A stretch of 64,000 nt of DNA from Polyangiaceae bacterium (GCA_035063585.1 JAPSGB010000002.1:1-64000); one strand, 5' to 3'. Counted from the stretch's first letter, positions 49,695 through 60,567 are shown. Notes: generated from the sequence alone by a model not told the origin. Program-made: numbers and translations.

Positions 49695-50276
49695 ATGGTC
49701 GAATCACGAGACGAGAAGACGACGAGCGGCTCGTTCGGGCTGGGCATGAGGCTCCGGATCGCGGTGCTCATGCTCGGCGGTACGGTCGTCTGCTCGGGGA
49801 CCCTGGTGGCAGTCCCGATGGTCGTCGTGGAGAAGATCCGGCAGGGCCAGGTCCGGAGCGCCGGCGACGCGGCGGGAGAGATCGTGTGGTTCCTGCTGTC
49901 GCTCGTGGTGCTCATCGTGGTGTCGCGCGCGTTCCTGCGGACCGTGCGCGCTGCGAGAGGCGACTCCGAGCCGTTCGCCTGGCTCGCGCGGGCCGTGCCG
50001 CTCTGCGTGCTCATCGGCGTGGCGGGTGGGGCTTGGTTCGCCCGCCACGTGATCCGCTCACACGAAGCGCTCACGCAAGAGTCGGCGCGGGGGATCTGCG
50101 AGGAGGCGCTCGGGCCCGACGCGAGCGAGGCGGCCCTCACCGCGTGCGTACCGGTGGGGCTCGCGTGCAACGCGCAAGATGACGCCGACCGCCGGGCGCG
50201 CCCGAACCGCTTCGAGATGGGTGAGCGGTTTGCCGTGCGCTGCGCGCGCGAGAAGCTGGGCGGCGCGGCGCGCTGA
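49695..50276 (+). CDS. Hypothetical membrane protein (3 TM plus Cys-containing C-terminus)
   Basis: Three hydrophobic segments; divergent from the FadL-like gene. Confidence 0.55.
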   Translation: MVESRDEKTTSGSFGLGMRLRIAVLMLGGTVVCSGTLVAVPMVVVEKIRQGQVRSAGDAAGEIVWFLLSLVVLIVVSRAFLRTVRAARGDSEPFAWLARAVPLCVLIGVAGGAWFARHVIRSHEALTQESARGICEEALGPDASEAALTACVPVGLACNAQDDADRRARPNRFEMGERFAVRCAREKLGGAAR

Positions 50277-50445
50277 GCCACGTCGGGGAGGAACGGGCGC
50301 GTCGCCGGCCGGCTCACGCCGCGGGCGAGCGCGCGCCGCCATGGGGCGGGCCACGCTGCGGCTCGCCTCGCGGCGACGCGAGGCTCGTAAAGGAGGTGGG
50401 CTTGGGCCTCGACGGTCGTCGCGGCTCATGAGAGAGTCGGAGGCC

Positions 50446-52026
50446 ATGGTGAGGGTCTCCTGGTCGCTCGGCGGCGTGGTGCTCGGATCGGCGCTCGCGC
50501 TCGCGGCGTGCGGTTCGACTGACTCGGGGCCGACCGGAGCGGCGGGTACCGGTGGCGCCGCAGGCGCGAGCGCAGGGAGCGGTGGCGCCGCAGGGAGCGC
50601 TGGCGCCGCAGGGAGCGGCGGTGCCGCAGGGAGCGCTGGCGCCGCAGGGAGCGGCGGCGCCGCAGGGAGCGCTGGCGCCGCAGGGAGCGCTGGCGCGACC
50701 TGCGCGTGCGCCCCCGGCGAGAGCTTGGCGTGCACCGCGCTGGGCGGCCTGTACGCGGACGACGGCAAGAGCGCGAGCTGCCGCGCCGACTGCACCGGCT
50801 TCGACGTCTCGGCGTGCACCCTGAAAGATGCCTCTGGAAGGACGCGCGAGTACGTCTATCCCTCGCTCCGGGATCCGGTGTACGGCGCCGCGCGCTGCAA
50901 CGACGGCACGCCGTACTTCTTCACCGTGAGCCTGACCGGCAGCCGGCGCTGGGTCATCAACTTCGAAGGAGGCGGCGCCTGTGACGGCGACGTCATCCCG
51001 TGCGCGCCACGCTGGACGAAGTCGAGGGCGCTGTTCAGCTCGGCGAACGAGCCGAAGGATGGCACGGTGGTGCCCTGGCAAGGCAGCGCCGCCATCGGCT
51101 CGCGCAACCCGACCGAGAACCCGGACTTCGCGGATGCGAACATCGTCGTGGGCAACTACTGCTCGAGCGACCTATGGACGGGTCGCGCCGCGAAGGCCGT
51201 TCCGTCGAATCCTGCGCTAAAGGGAGAGCCCCCATTCGACCTCTGGTTCAGCGGGCGAGACAACGCGCGCGCCACGCTCGCGGTCTTGGTCGCGCGCTAC
51301 GGGCTCGACGACGCCCAGGACATCGATCTCGTCATCACCGGCTCGAGCGCAGGCGGTAACGGCGCACGCAACAACGCGGACCTATACGCCGAGGCCTTCC
51401 CGAACGCGCGGGCGGAGAAACGCATCTGGGTGCTGCCGGTCGCCGGCTTTCAGCTCTACGACTGGGCGCGCGACGGCGCGGGCATCATGGGCGGCGACGT
51501 CCCCGATCCCGTCACGTGGACCGGCATGGTGTCGCGTTGGTCAGCGGAGCTGAACCCGCGGTGCCGAGCGCTCGCCAGCGCGGCCGGCGCGAGCGCGGGC
51601 GCCTGTCTCGCGGGGCTCTATTCGACCCAGTCGATGCTCCTCGCCGAGCCGGAAGGCTACGGGATGCGCCTGTTCGACGCGACCAACCGGTCCGATCCGG
51701 TCTACCTCGGCTACCACGACGTGAAGCCGGCCACGCCGGGCTACGACGTGATCGTCGACGCGTGGCAGGCGAAGGCCACCGAAGAGATGCTCGCGAGCGG
51801 CGTGCGCTGGCTGCTCGCGCCCGCGCACCGAGGCCAGCCCAACGTGCACGGGCTGTTCGAACACTGGAAGGTGCCGTTCCCGGCCTACGACGCCGCCGCG
51901 GACGGGTGCGGCACGCCGTGGACCCCCGGGCAGACCTTCCGTGATCTCGTCCATGAGTTTTACGTGGACGCTTCGCCCGAGACGAGCGGGCACCGGGTGT
52001 GCCCGAACGGCTGGCCCGTCCCCTGA
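50446..52026 (+). CDS. Pectin acetylesterase/Notum family lipoprotein
   Basis: LAAC lipobox; ARCNDGT, FEGGGAC, YCSSDLWTG and GSSAGG motifs. Confidence 0.88.
   Translation: MVRVSWSLGGVVLGSALALAACGSTDSGPTGAAGTGGAAGASAGSGGAAGSAGAAGSGGAAGSAGAAGSGGAAGSAGAAGSAGATCACAPGESLACTALGGLYADDGKSASCRADCTGFDVSACTLKDASGRTREYVYPSLRDPVYGAARCNDGTPYFFTVSLTGSRRWVINFEGGGACDGDVIPCAPRWTKSRALFSSANEPKDGTVVPWQGSAAIGSRNPTENPDFADANIVVGNYCSSDLWTGRAAKAVPSNPALKGEPPFDLWFSGRDNARATLAVLVARYGLDDAQDIDLVITGSSAGGNGARNNADLYAEAFPNARAEKRIWVLPVAGFQLYDWARDGAGIMGGDVPDPVTWTGMVSRWSAELNPRCRALASAAGASAGACLAGLYSTQSMLLAEPEGYGMRLFDATNRSDPVYLGYHDVKPATPGYDVIVDAWQAKATEEMLASGVRWLLAPAHRGQPNVHGLFEHWKVPFPAYDAAADGCGTPWTPGQTFRDLVHEFYVDASPETSGHRVCPNGWPVP
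50553..50694 (+). repeat. 18-bp coding tandem repeat (GAAGSA/GAAGSG)
   Basis: ggcgccgcagggagcgct-like units. Confidence 0.85.
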
Positions 52027-52442
52027 TGCGTGCGGCGTCAGCGGGCCGGTCCGGCGCGGCCGGCGATCGGTGCGGCGGCGCGAGGCTCGGCGGGAGCCAC
52101 GCCGCCCTCGCTGGCGCACGCACGCCGCCTACGATGCGCTCGATGACGTCGGCGCTCGGACGAGGCGGCTCAGTCGGACCACGCCGGATGCGGCGCGTCG
52201 CTCGACGAAGCGCGGCTCCGGACTCGTCATGGGGCCCCGCGCTCGCGAGCCGCGCCTCGAGCGCGGACGCACCGAATGACGTCGTCGGCTCTCATCGCGC
52301 GAAGCTCCCACACGCGCCGAGCGGCCTCCGCGCGATGGCTCCTCGCCTGTCGCCTGAAGGTCAGTCGCGGCCGTGTGATGAGCCATGGATGCGAAATGCA
52401 CAAGCGCTAGGCATCTGTCTGACGCTACGATAGGTTTCCATC

Positions 52443-53492
52443 ATGAGATCTTCATGGGCGCTGGCGATTGCCTTCACGTCGAGCTTGGGTGCCTGCCATC
52501 GCACCTCCGAGGCGGAGGTGCGGGACTACCTCGCCGAGCAAGGGATCACCGCGACGTCCGTGACCAAGAACGGAGACTCCTTCGACTACACCGGCACCAA
52601 GGGCACGGAGACCTGCACCGGGACGGTGCGCATCAACAAGGGGTTCGGTAGCTCGACGCAATCCTTCACCAGCAACTGCGGAGACGGGACCGCCCCAGTC
52701 GATGAGCCAGATTACAGCGCCTGCAAACCTGGTGCCGCGGCGGAGTGCAACAAGCTCGCCGACGCGCTCTACGGCAAGAATGAGAAGGTCTATCCGAAGC
52801 AAGCAGCGAAGCTCTATCGAGTCGCCTGCGACGACAAGGACGGGCGGGCCTGCGAGCGAGTCGCAGAGTTCGAGGCGATCGACAAGAGTTGGGAAGAGGT
52901 GCGCTTCTTCGCCGAGCGTGCGTGCAACTATGGGAACGGTGATGGCTGCGCTCGGCTCGGGACCCTGGAGCTGACACAGGCCGAAGCCGCTGGCGGCGCG
53001 GGCCGTGCTCTGGACTTCTTCAAGGACGGATGTGAGAAGGGGTCGAAGAAGGGCTGCCGGGGCGCCGTCGCGGTCATGCTCGACGCAACGCCACCCGACC
53101 TCGACCACGCGCTCCCGCTCGCCGAGAAGCTCTGCACCGAGAAGTACGAGAACGGATGCAGCCTGCTCGGGATGGTCCTCTTCAAGAAGAAGGACTACCG
53201 CCGCGCGCTCACCCTGTTGGAAGAGGGCTGCAAAGACGAAAAAGACGCCACACGCGCGATCGCTTGCAATCTCGCCGGTGCGATCCTGGCAGACGGCCGC
53301 GGCACGAAGGCTGACGCCACGCGTGCGTTTCAGCTCTTCGAGTCAGCTTGCGAGCACAAGAGCCCCGATGGCTGCGCCAACACGGCGCGCGCCTACGAGG
53401 GAGCTCGGGGCGTCGCCAAGGATCTCGACAAGGCGCGCGAGTTCCGGGAAAAGGCCTGCAAGCTCGGACACCAGAAATCCTGCGCGACGTAG
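52443..53492 (+). CDS. Sel1-like repeat (Cys-paired, Hcp-like) lipoprotein
   Basis: LGAC lipobox; repeated A..F..AC....DGC..LG; G.GV.KD..KA motif. Confidence 0.85.
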   Translation: MRSSWALAIAFTSSLGACHRTSEAEVRDYLAEQGITATSVTKNGDSFDYTGTKGTETCTGTVRINKGFGSSTQSFTSNCGDGTAPVDEPDYSACKPGAAAECNKLADALYGKNEKVYPKQAAKLYRVACDDKDGRACERVAEFEAIDKSWEEVRFFAERACNYGNGDGCARLGTLELTQAEAAGGAGRALDFFKDGCEKGSKKGCRGAVAVMLDATPPDLDHALPLAEKLCTEKYENGCSLLGMVLFKKKDYRRALTLLEEGCKDEKDATRAIACNLAGAILADGRGTKADATRAFQLFESACEHKSPDGCANTARAYEGARGVAKDLDKAREFREKACKLGHQKSCAT

Positions 53493-53684
53493 CGCCACGC
53501 GAGCGCATCCCGGCAGCGCGCGGACGCTCATCGTGACCGCGCTCGCGCGCGCCGCTCACGACGCCCCCCTCGGAGGTGAACTCGCCGGCGCGGGCGCACG
53601 CGGCCGCGGAGGTCGATGTCATGCGCGAGCCAGCGGGCGTCGCGAGCGAACGCGCCGATCGCCGCGGCTCGGGGTTCTCGCGGA

Positions 53685-55376
53685 TCAATCCTTGCGGTGG
53701 GCAATCTCGGCGGGTGCGCTGAAGAACTTGTTCTTGTCCGGATCGTTGTAGCGCTCGTAGTCAATCTCGAGCGGGGTGATCTCACCCTTGCCGTCCTTGA
53801 ACCGGATGACCATCGCCATGGGTGTCACGCTGCGGTAGCTGCTGTCGGAGGGGAGGTCGTCGTTGCTGGCTCCGCCCGCGGAAAACAGCGTGATGAGGAG
53901 CTGGTGGTCGTCGTCGTAGGTGCGCCGAAAGCCTTCGTCGACCTTCTCGTGCCCGCGCACGAGGGTGTGGCAGCCGATCCGCTGGAGGAACGCCTGGCTC
54001 TGCAGGCGCCCGAACGGGAAGCGCGCCGACTGCTTCTGGAGGGAGGCCGGGATGACGTCCGCGCTCGAGGGATCGCTCCACATCATCTCGAAACGGAGGT
54101 CCCACTCGTTGAGGCTGGAGAGATCCCGGTACTGCTCCTTCATGGTGAGGTCGCGCGGGAGGCCCCCGTGCACGAACAAGAAGCGCTCGAAGGCGAGCAT
54201 GTTGGGCATCGCGTCGAAAAACTTCATGTAGTGCGCGAACACGTCCTGACCGAGGTGCGGCTTGAGCGTGCTCATGGCCTCGCTCGGGCGCACGGCGCCG
54301 TACACCTTGCCCTGGTGCTCGACATAGTACTCGTGGTTGCCGCGCAAGAAGTAGACGTGCTCGGGTGCGGTGACGAAGATCTGCATCGCCGAGCGGAGCA
54401 CGCCCTGATAGCTGAACATGCCGCGGTCGATGTAGTCCCCGAGCAGGATGAGCTTCGGGTTCGGATGTCGGGTCGGATCGGCGCGATAGTTCCCGACCTT
54501 GTCGAAGAACGCGGTCTGCATGAGCGTCGCCTTGAGGCAACTGTAACAACCGTGCAGATCGCCGAGCACGATGAGCTCGTAGTCCTCGCCCGGCGCGGTC
54601 GGACACACGTAGACATGACCGTCCAGGAACGGGGCCTGCCCCTTGAACTCAGTGAATTTCTGGTGACCGGCGAGCTTGCCGGTTCCCCCTTCGCGCTGGT
54701 TGTCGAAGGTCGCGATGACCTGATCCATGAGGAGCTCATCCGCCTTGACCTGCTGCAAGAGCAGCTCGTGGTCGGCGGTGTAGTTGTGCTCGAACTGATC
54801 GAAAAATGGGTGGTTCTCCCGCGGCGGTGCGAGCAGGGCGGCCGCGCCGACCGCGACCGGCGGCTTGCCGTCGCCGTCCTCGAGGAGCTCGACGCCGAGC
54901 TCCTCCTCGAGCAAATCGGCGAGCTCGCCGCGAAACTTCGCCTCGGCGGGATGGACCACGCCATCGGCCTGGATGAGCTCGTCGATGGTGTCCATGAGCT
55001 GCTCCTGGTTCGCGGAGTCGAAGCCCTTGAAGATCTCGAAGCAACGAAGCTTCAGCTTGGCGTGGACGAAGTCGTCTTGCTTCTCCCCCTCGGCTACCGC
55101 CTCGTCGAAGAGCCCCTTGACTTGGCGATCGATGCCCTCGAACACCTCGTGAAAATGCGTGGTATATTTTTGAACGAGCTCGCTCCTGAGCGCGGCATCC
55201 TCGGCTGCGACCGCGCCGCTCACTCTGTGCTCGACGAGCTTGCGAACGTAGTCGCGCACGAAGCTCTTCTCCGCGTCATCGAAATCACCGTCGATGTAGC
55301 CGAAGGTGGTGAGGTAGAAGATGACCGCCCGCATCTGCTTGTCGGCGGTCGGCCCGTCGGTGCTGAAGGTGAGCAT
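53685..55376 (-). CDS. TerB-like domain fused to a PPP-family Ser/Thr phosphatase
   Basis: YIDGDFDDAE and ADGVVHPAE (TerB); GDLHG, GDYIDRG, RGNHE, HGG, WSDP, RGHE and ITLFSA motifs. Confidence 0.85.
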   Translation of the reverse strand: MLTFSTDGPTADKQMRAVIFYLTTFGYIDGDFDDAEKSFVRDYVRKLVEHRVSGAVAAEDAALRSELVQKYTTHFHEVFEGIDRQVKGLFDEAVAEGEKQDDFVHAKLKLRCFEIFKGFDSANQEQLMDTIDELIQADGVVHPAEAKFRGELADLLEEELGVELLEDGDGKPPVAVGAAALLAPPRENHPFFDQFEHNYTADHELLLQQVKADELLMDQVIATFDNQREGGTGKLAGHQKFTEFKGQAPFLDGHVYVCPTAPGEDYELIVLGDLHGCYSCLKATLMQTAFFDKVGNYRADPTRHPNPKLILLGDYIDRGMFSYQGVLRSAMQIFVTAPEHVYFLRGNHEYYVEHQGKVYGAVRPSEAMSTLKPHLGQDVFAHYMKFFDAMPNMLAFERFLFVHGGLPRDLTMKEQYRDLSSLNEWDLRFEMMWSDPSSADVIPASLQKQSARFPFGRLQSQAFLQRIGCHTLVRGHEKVDEGFRRTYDDDHQLLITLFSAGGASNDDLPSDSSYRSVTPMAMVIRFKDGKGEITPLEIDYERYNDPDKNKFFSAPAEIAHRKD

Positions 55377-55510
55377 CGCCCGAGGGTACGCGGGATCCAG
55401 GCTCGCGAGGAGCCCCCTTCGGCCGGCCCGCGCCGGGCCCGGGCGAGCTCGCGTCCGCCCCCCGGAGCGACTCGGGCGGCCAAGAGTGCGCTAGACTCCT
55501 CGGCGTCCCG

Positions 55511-56569
55511 ATGGCGAGAAAGAGCCGAGCCGCGGCCGAGCCCGCACCCACGACCGAGCGCGCCGTCGACGCGACCGAGACTTCGGACGACGAGCGCTTC
55601 GACCGCCTGTTTCGCCCGGAGACGCTCGCGGATTTCGTCGGCCAGAAGAAGCACACCGAGAATCTCCGCGTGTACGTCCGGGCGGCGCTCAAGCGAAAGG
55701 AGCCGCTCGACCACATCCTCCTCTGCGGCCCGCCCGGCCTCGGCAAGACCACGCTCGCCAACATCCTGGCGCGCGAGATGGGCGTGCAGCTCTTCGTCTC
55801 GAGCGGCCCCGCCATCGAGCACAAGGGGGTGCTCACCGGCCTCCTCACCCGGCTAGAGCGGGGCGACGTGCTCTTCATCGACGAGATCCATCGCTTGAGC
55901 GCGCAGGTCGAGGAGGCCCTGTATCCAGCCATCGAAGATTTCAGGATCGACGTCATGGTCGGCGACGGCGCGTACGCGGAGAGCATTCAGCTCGACGTCA
56001 AGCCGTTCACCCTCATCGGAGCGACCACCCGCACCGGGCTCCTCACCAAGCCGCTCCATGAGCGCTTCGGGGTCACCCTCCGCCTCGATTTCTACCCGCC
56101 GGAGGATCTCGAGCGGATCATCTCGAGGAGCGCGAGGCTGCTCGGCATCGAGTGCAGCGCCGAGGGCGCGCGCTCGCTCGCCGAGCGGAGCCGCGGAACT
56201 CCGCGCGTCGCCAATCGGCTCCTCCGGCGGGTGCGCGATTTCGCCGAGATCGAGGGAAGCGGCGTGGTCGACGCCGAAATCGTCGCGATCGCCTGTGATC
56301 GCCTCGAGATCGACGCGGGCGGGCTCGACGAGATGGATCGCCGCCTGCTTCGAGTGCTCATCGAGCACTATGACGGCGGACCGGTCGGGGTCGAGACGAT
56401 CGCGGCGGCGCTCGCCGAACCGCGAGACACCATCGAGGACGTGTACGAGCCGTACCTCCTGCAGCAGGGCTTCCTCGGGCGTACCCCGCGCGGGCGGATC
56501 GCCACCAAGCGGGCCTATGAGCACCTCGGGGTGCCGCTCGACGGCTCCCGTCAGCAGCAGCTCTTCTGA
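55511..56569 (+). CDS. ruvB: Holliday junction branch migration helicase RuvB
   Basis: RP..L.DFVGQ, GPPGLGKTT, FIDEIHR, GATTR, RGTPR and RTPRGR motifs. Confidence 0.98.
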   Translation: MARKSRAAAEPAPTTERAVDATETSDDERFDRLFRPETLADFVGQKKHTENLRVYVRAALKRKEPLDHILLCGPPGLGKTTLANILAREMGVQLFVSSGPAIEHKGVLTGLLTRLERGDVLFIDEIHRLSAQVEEALYPAIEDFRIDVMVGDGAYAESIQLDVKPFTLIGATTRTGLLTKPLHERFGVTLRLDFYPPEDLERIISRSARLLGIECSAEGARSLAERSRGTPRVANRLLRRVRDFAEIEGSGVVDAEIVAIACDRLEIDAGGLDEMDRRLLRVLIEHYDGGPVGVETIAAALAEPRDTIEDVYEPYLLQQGFLGRTPRGRIATKRAYEHLGVPLDGSRQQQLF

Positions 56570-56656
56570 GCCGCCGCCGCGGATCTCGCGGTGGGAGCAG
56601 CCGAAGCGGGCGAAGAGGCTTGCCGCGAAGCCGCGAAGCCATGCATCATGATGCCC

Positions 56657-57874
56657 ATGGCTCGTGAGCGCGCGCTCCTCGTGCTCCTCGCTGCGGCTGG
56701 TCTCGGCGGTTGCAGCGTCGTCCTCGGCTATGACGACGTCACCTTCCACGAAGATGGCGGCGCGAGCGGTGGGAGCGGCGCGGTAGGGACGGGCGGCGGA
56801 GCGAACACGGGAGGAGCCGGCGGCGCGAACAGCGGCGGGAGCGCCGGAACCAGCGGGGCCAGCGGGACGGGCGGAACCAGCGGGACGGGCGGAACCAGCG
56901 GGACGGGCGGAACCAGCGGGACGGGCGGAACCAGCGGGACGGGCGGAACCAGCGGAACCAGCGGAACCGGCGGAACCAGCGGGACGGGCGGAACCGGCGG
57001 AACCGGCGGCGGAACCAGCGGAACCGGCGGAACCAGCGGAACCGGCGGCGGAACCAGCGGGACCGGCGGCGGAGCGAGCACGGACGCGTGCGCGCGGTGG
57101 AAGAGCGATCGCGCGAACATGGCGGAGGGGGCGTGGAGCGGGAGCGTCGCGAGCTGCAGCGCGGGAGACGTCGCCGCACCCGGGCGCGCCAACGCGCTCA
57201 AGCTCGTGAACCTCTATCGCTGGCTCGCCGGGCTGCCGGCGGTCGGGGGCGACTCATCTCGCGATCAAGGAGCGCAGGCCTGCGCGCTCATGATGCAGGC
57301 GAACGGGCAGCTCAGCCACACCCCGCCCTCGACGTGGACGTGTTACTCGAGCGAAGGCGCGACGGCAGCGGGGCGCAGCAACATCGCGACGGCGCCAGGT
57401 GTCTCCGCCATCGACCTATACATGGCCGATCCCGGCAACCCGACCACCATCGGGCATCGTCGCTGGATCCTCTCGAACTCGCTCGGCCCCATCGGCATCG
57501 GCTCTACGAGCGGCTATTCGTGTCTGTGGGTCATCGGCGGCTCGGGCTCCGGGAGCCGCGAGTGGACCGCGTGGCCGCCCCCCGGAAAAATCCCACTCGC
57601 GGTCATGAACACCTCGTGGCAGTCCGTCGACGACACCGGCTGGACGCTCCAGAGCGACAGCATCAGCCTGAGCGGCGCGACGGTCACCGTCACCGACGGC
57701 GGAACCGACCGGCCCGTCACCGTCACCGGCCTGAACTCGGGCTACGGCAGCACCTCGGCGCTCCGGTTCAACCCGAGCGGCTGGAGCTCGGAGGCCGGAC
57801 ACACCTACTCGGTGACGGTGAGCGGCATCAGCCAGCCCATCAGCTACGACGTCGAGTTCGTCGCCTGCGACTGA
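56657..57874 (+). CDS. CAP (SCP) domain lipoprotein with Gly/Thr/Ser linker
   Basis: LGGC lipobox; NLYRWLAGL, LSHTPP, SNIA and GHRRWIL motifs. Confidence 0.85.
   Translation: MARERALLVLLAAAGLGGCSVVLGYDDVTFHEDGGASGGSGAVGTGGGANTGGAGGANSGGSAGTSGASGTGGTSGTGGTSGTGGTSGTGGTSGTGGTSGTSGTGGTSGTGGTGGTGGGTSGTGGTSGTGGGTSGTGGGASTDACARWKSDRANMAEGAWSGSVASCSAGDVAAPGRANALKLVNLYRWLAGLPAVGGDSSRDQGAQACALMMQANGQLSHTPPSTWTCYSSEGATAAGRSNIATAPGVSAIDLYMADPGNPTTIGHRRWILSNSLGPIGIGSTSGYSCLWVIGGSGSGSREWTAWPPPGKIPLAVMNTSWQSVDDTGWTLQSDSISLSGATVTVTDGGTDRPVTVTGLNSGYGSTSALRFNPSGWSSEAGHTYSVTVSGISQPISYDVEFVACD
56846..57070 (+). repeat. 18-bp coding tandem repeat (GGTSGT)
   Basis: ggcggaaccagcgggacg units. Confidence 0.9.
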
Positions 57875-57889
57875 GCCGCCCCCGCGGCG

Positions 57890-58672
57890 TCATCGCGGCA
57901 GCAGGGCGAGCTGCCGAGACTCCGCGACGAGCGCCCCGCTCTCGTCCCATAGCTCGCCGTCTTCCTCCAGAAATCCTCCGATGAGAAAGCGTGTGCGGAA
58001 CGCGCAGCCGAGAAAACCCGGTCGCGGGCGGGCCCGGAAGTGCACCGTGAGCTCGAGCGTCGGGACCCAACCCACCATCGACCAGTTCAGCACCGGCGGC
58101 GGGAATGCGTCGGCGAAGAGCGCCAGGCTCCGTACGTCCGGCGGGCGGCCATCCGCGAAGCGACTCCAGCCGCGCAGCTCGGCGCGCTCGGTCGTCTTCC
58201 CCTCGAGGAACCCGAGCGTCTCGGGAGCGAGCCGCTGCTCGAAGCGACGCGCGAGCTCGATGGGCGGCTCGATCTGCGCGGGCGGCGGCCGATCGAGCCG
58301 CGGGAGCTCCGGCGGTGTGGCATCCATCCGGGTCGGGCCGGTCGCGGCCGCGAGATCTCCCCAGGTCGAGAGGAGCCGCGCGGTCTCGACGCCGCCCTGG
58401 CTCATCTTCGCCATGACGGTCGAGAACGTGCGCCCGAGCTTCACGCGCTCGACGTCGATGATGATCTCGCCGATCCTGGCCGGCTTCAGGAAGTGAACCG
58501 TGACCGTGAGCGGATCGGGCGCCGCGAGCGAGCGGCCCATCGCGGCGAGGCCGATCGCGAGCAGGTAGCCGCCGTTCGGGACCGGCCCGACGTTCCAGCG
58601 CGCGGTGACCTCGCCGCGATAGCGATCCTCACCGAGCTCGAACACCTGGGTATCTTCGTCGAATTCGTACAT
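57890..58672 (-). CDS. Acyl-CoA thioesterase (TesB-like double hotdog) family
   Basis: PNGGYL, DAFPP, WVPTLELTVH and EEDGELWD..SRQL motifs. Confidence 0.9.
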   Translation of the reverse strand: MYEFDEDTQVFELGEDRYRGEVTARWNVGPVPNGGYLLAIGLAAMGRSLAAPDPLTVTVHFLKPARIGEIIIDVERVKLGRTFSTVMAKMSQGGVETARLLSTWGDLAAATGPTRMDATPPELPRLDRPPPAQIEPPIELARRFEQRLAPETLGFLEGKTTERAELRGWSRFADGRPPDVRSLALFADAFPPPVLNWSMVGWVPTLELTVHFRARPRPGFLGCAFRTRFLIGGFLEEDGELWDESGALVAESRQLALLPR

Positions 58673-58695
58673 GTGCTGGGTCGGGCCGAGGCGGT

Positions 58696-60567
58696 TCAGG
58701 GGATGATGGCGGCGCTCCGCGGCGGCACCTCGACGCCGGCGATACTACGCGCCTCGTCCGCGCCGTTCAGCGCCACCCGCTTGCCGTCGGGCATGCGCCA
58801 CACCTCGGGCACCACCGCGGTGCTCACGCGGCCCGCGGCGAGCTGGTCACTGAACGACGAGACCAGGTGATCGGGCGGTGAGGCGGGGAGGTAGTCCTCC
58901 GGCAGCGCCGGTCGCCCACCGAGGGCGTACCCTACCCGCTCGGCGTCGAGCGCCCAGCGCGCGCGAGCGGTGTCGAGCCTCGCGAGATCATCGCTGAGAA
59001 ATAGCGCGCCACCCGCGAACGCGACGACCCAGCCGCCCGCGCCGACCTCCGGCGCGGTGAGCCCGCGCAGGAGCACCGGATCGGCGTCGCAGAGCGTGGC
59101 CAGACAGAGCGGCGCGCGCGCGCCGACGCTGCGCGCCTGGTTCGTCACGTAAGGCCACGAAGGCCCGAAGACCTCGAGCGCGATGTCCCCGCCGACGCGC
59201 CAGGCGTCCGCGAACGGCAGCGTCGCGACCGCGGGCGCGCCGACCGCGAGCAGGAGCGCGTCGTCCCCCGCGGCGTCGCGGATGATGGAGAGCGCGCGCT
59301 CGTAGGCCTGCATCCCGGTCAAGGGTTCCATTCGCGCCCCCTCGAACGTCCCTGCGAACAGGAAATCGATCTTGAGGAGCGAGTACCCCCAGCCTCTGAG
59401 CTTGCGAATGGTGCCGCGCAAGTGCTCGGCTGCGGCGGGGTTCGTCACGTCGAGCACCAGCATCTTGCCGTTCTCGAGGTGCGTGAAGGACGCGCCGCCG
59501 ACGAACCATTCCGGGTGCTGCTTGGCAAGCTGACTCGACTCGGAGACCAGGAGCGGCGCAAGCCAGACGCCCGGCTCGAAACCCTCGGCGACGAGCTCGC
59601 GCGCGAGCCCGTCGAGGCCCGACGGGAAGCGCTCGTTCGGCTCCCAGTCGCCCCAACCCTGCTCCCAGCCGTCGTCGATGACCACGCGGAGCCGCGTGCC
59701 CGGCGGCAACCGCGGCGCGAGCACCTGCCGCGCGAGCGCCGCGTTGACGCGCACGTCTGCCTGGCTCACCCCGTCCCAGAGCTCGTACCAGGAGTTCCAC
59801 CCGGCCTCGGCGGACCGCGCGACCCGCGCGCGCCGCGACGGGAGCGCGGCCGCGTAGCCGCCGGCGAGCGCCGCGAGCTCGCTCCCATGTGCCACATGGA
59901 ATGACTCTCCGTCGAGCCGCTCGCCAGCGCGGAGCGCGACCGACTCGCCCGCTCCGCCCGACACGAGCCGGAGCGCGAGCCGGCCGGGGGCGTCGCTCGT
60001 CACCTGCACCCAGGGCTTGAACACGTGCGCGGTGGTCGCTCCGAGCAACAGGTATGGCCCGCCACCGCCAACCACGGTGAATTCCCACGACTGCGCGAAG
60101 CCATCGCGCAGGACCTCGCCGTCGCCGCGCGCCGCGAGCGCCTTCGCGAGGTCGGCCTCGTCGACCTTCGGGCGCAGCGCGACGGCGCCGGTCTGCGACC
60201 ACGACTGGAAGCCGTTCGAGATGAAGCTGGTCGCGCCCGGGAGCCAGCCGGTACCCTCGGCGGCGAGCGCAGACACCGTCACGGCTCGCGCCGCCACGAA
60301 TGAGACGCGGAGGCTCTCGCCCGCGCGCGTGAGCGTCACCGCGCCCGCGTCCCCGGCCGGACAGGTCACCGCATCGCCGTCACGAGAGCACGCCCCGTCC
60401 GATTCCGCGCCGCGCCAACCCCCTTCCACCAGGACCGCAGGCAGGAGCCGCACCGATCCCTCCCCCCCGGGGGAGGGATCGACCGGGGTCGCCCCGCCGC
60501 ACGCGGCGAGCGGCAAGAGCGCCGACGCGAGCGCGAGGGGTCGAGCCAAGTGCGGGTGGAAGGTCAC
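58696..60567 (-). CDS. GH36-like alpha-galactosidase lipoprotein
   Basis: LAAC lipobox; NGFQSWS, GWNSWY, IDDGW, PGVWLAP, KIDFL and DADP motifs. Confidence 0.85.
   Translation of the reverse strand: MTFHPHLARPLALASALLPLAACGGATPVDPSPGGEGSVRLLPAVLVEGGWRGAESDGACSRDGDAVTCPAGDAGAVTLTRAGESLRVSFVAARAVTVSALAAEGTGWLPGATSFISNGFQSWSQTGAVALRPKVDEADLAKALAARGDGEVLRDGFAQSWEFTVVGGGGPYLLLGATTAHVFKPWVQVTSDAPGRLALRLVSGGAGESVALRAGERLDGESFHVAHGSELAALAGGYAAALPSRRARVARSAEAGWNSWYELWDGVSQADVRVNAALARQVLAPRLPPGTRLRVVIDDGWEQGWGDWEPNERFPSGLDGLARELVAEGFEPGVWLAPLLVSESSQLAKQHPEWFVGGASFTHLENGKMLVLDVTNPAAAEHLRGTIRKLRGWGYSLLKIDFLFAGTFEGARMEPLTGMQAYERALSIIRDAAGDDALLLAVGAPAVATLPFADAWRVGGDIALEVFGPSWPYVTNQARSVGARAPLCLATLCDADPVLLRGLTAPEVGAGGWVVAFAGGALFLSDDLARLDTARARWALDAERVGYALGGRPALPEDYLPASPPDHLVSSFSDQLAAGRVSTAVVPEVWRMPDGKRVALNGADEARSIAGVEVPPRSAAIIP

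Noticed and set aside
53616..55856. Long antisense ORFs here and elsewhere (e.g. 8472-10385, 17294-19156)
   Set aside because: Expected stop-poor shadow frames in high-GC DNA, lying opposite well-supported genes
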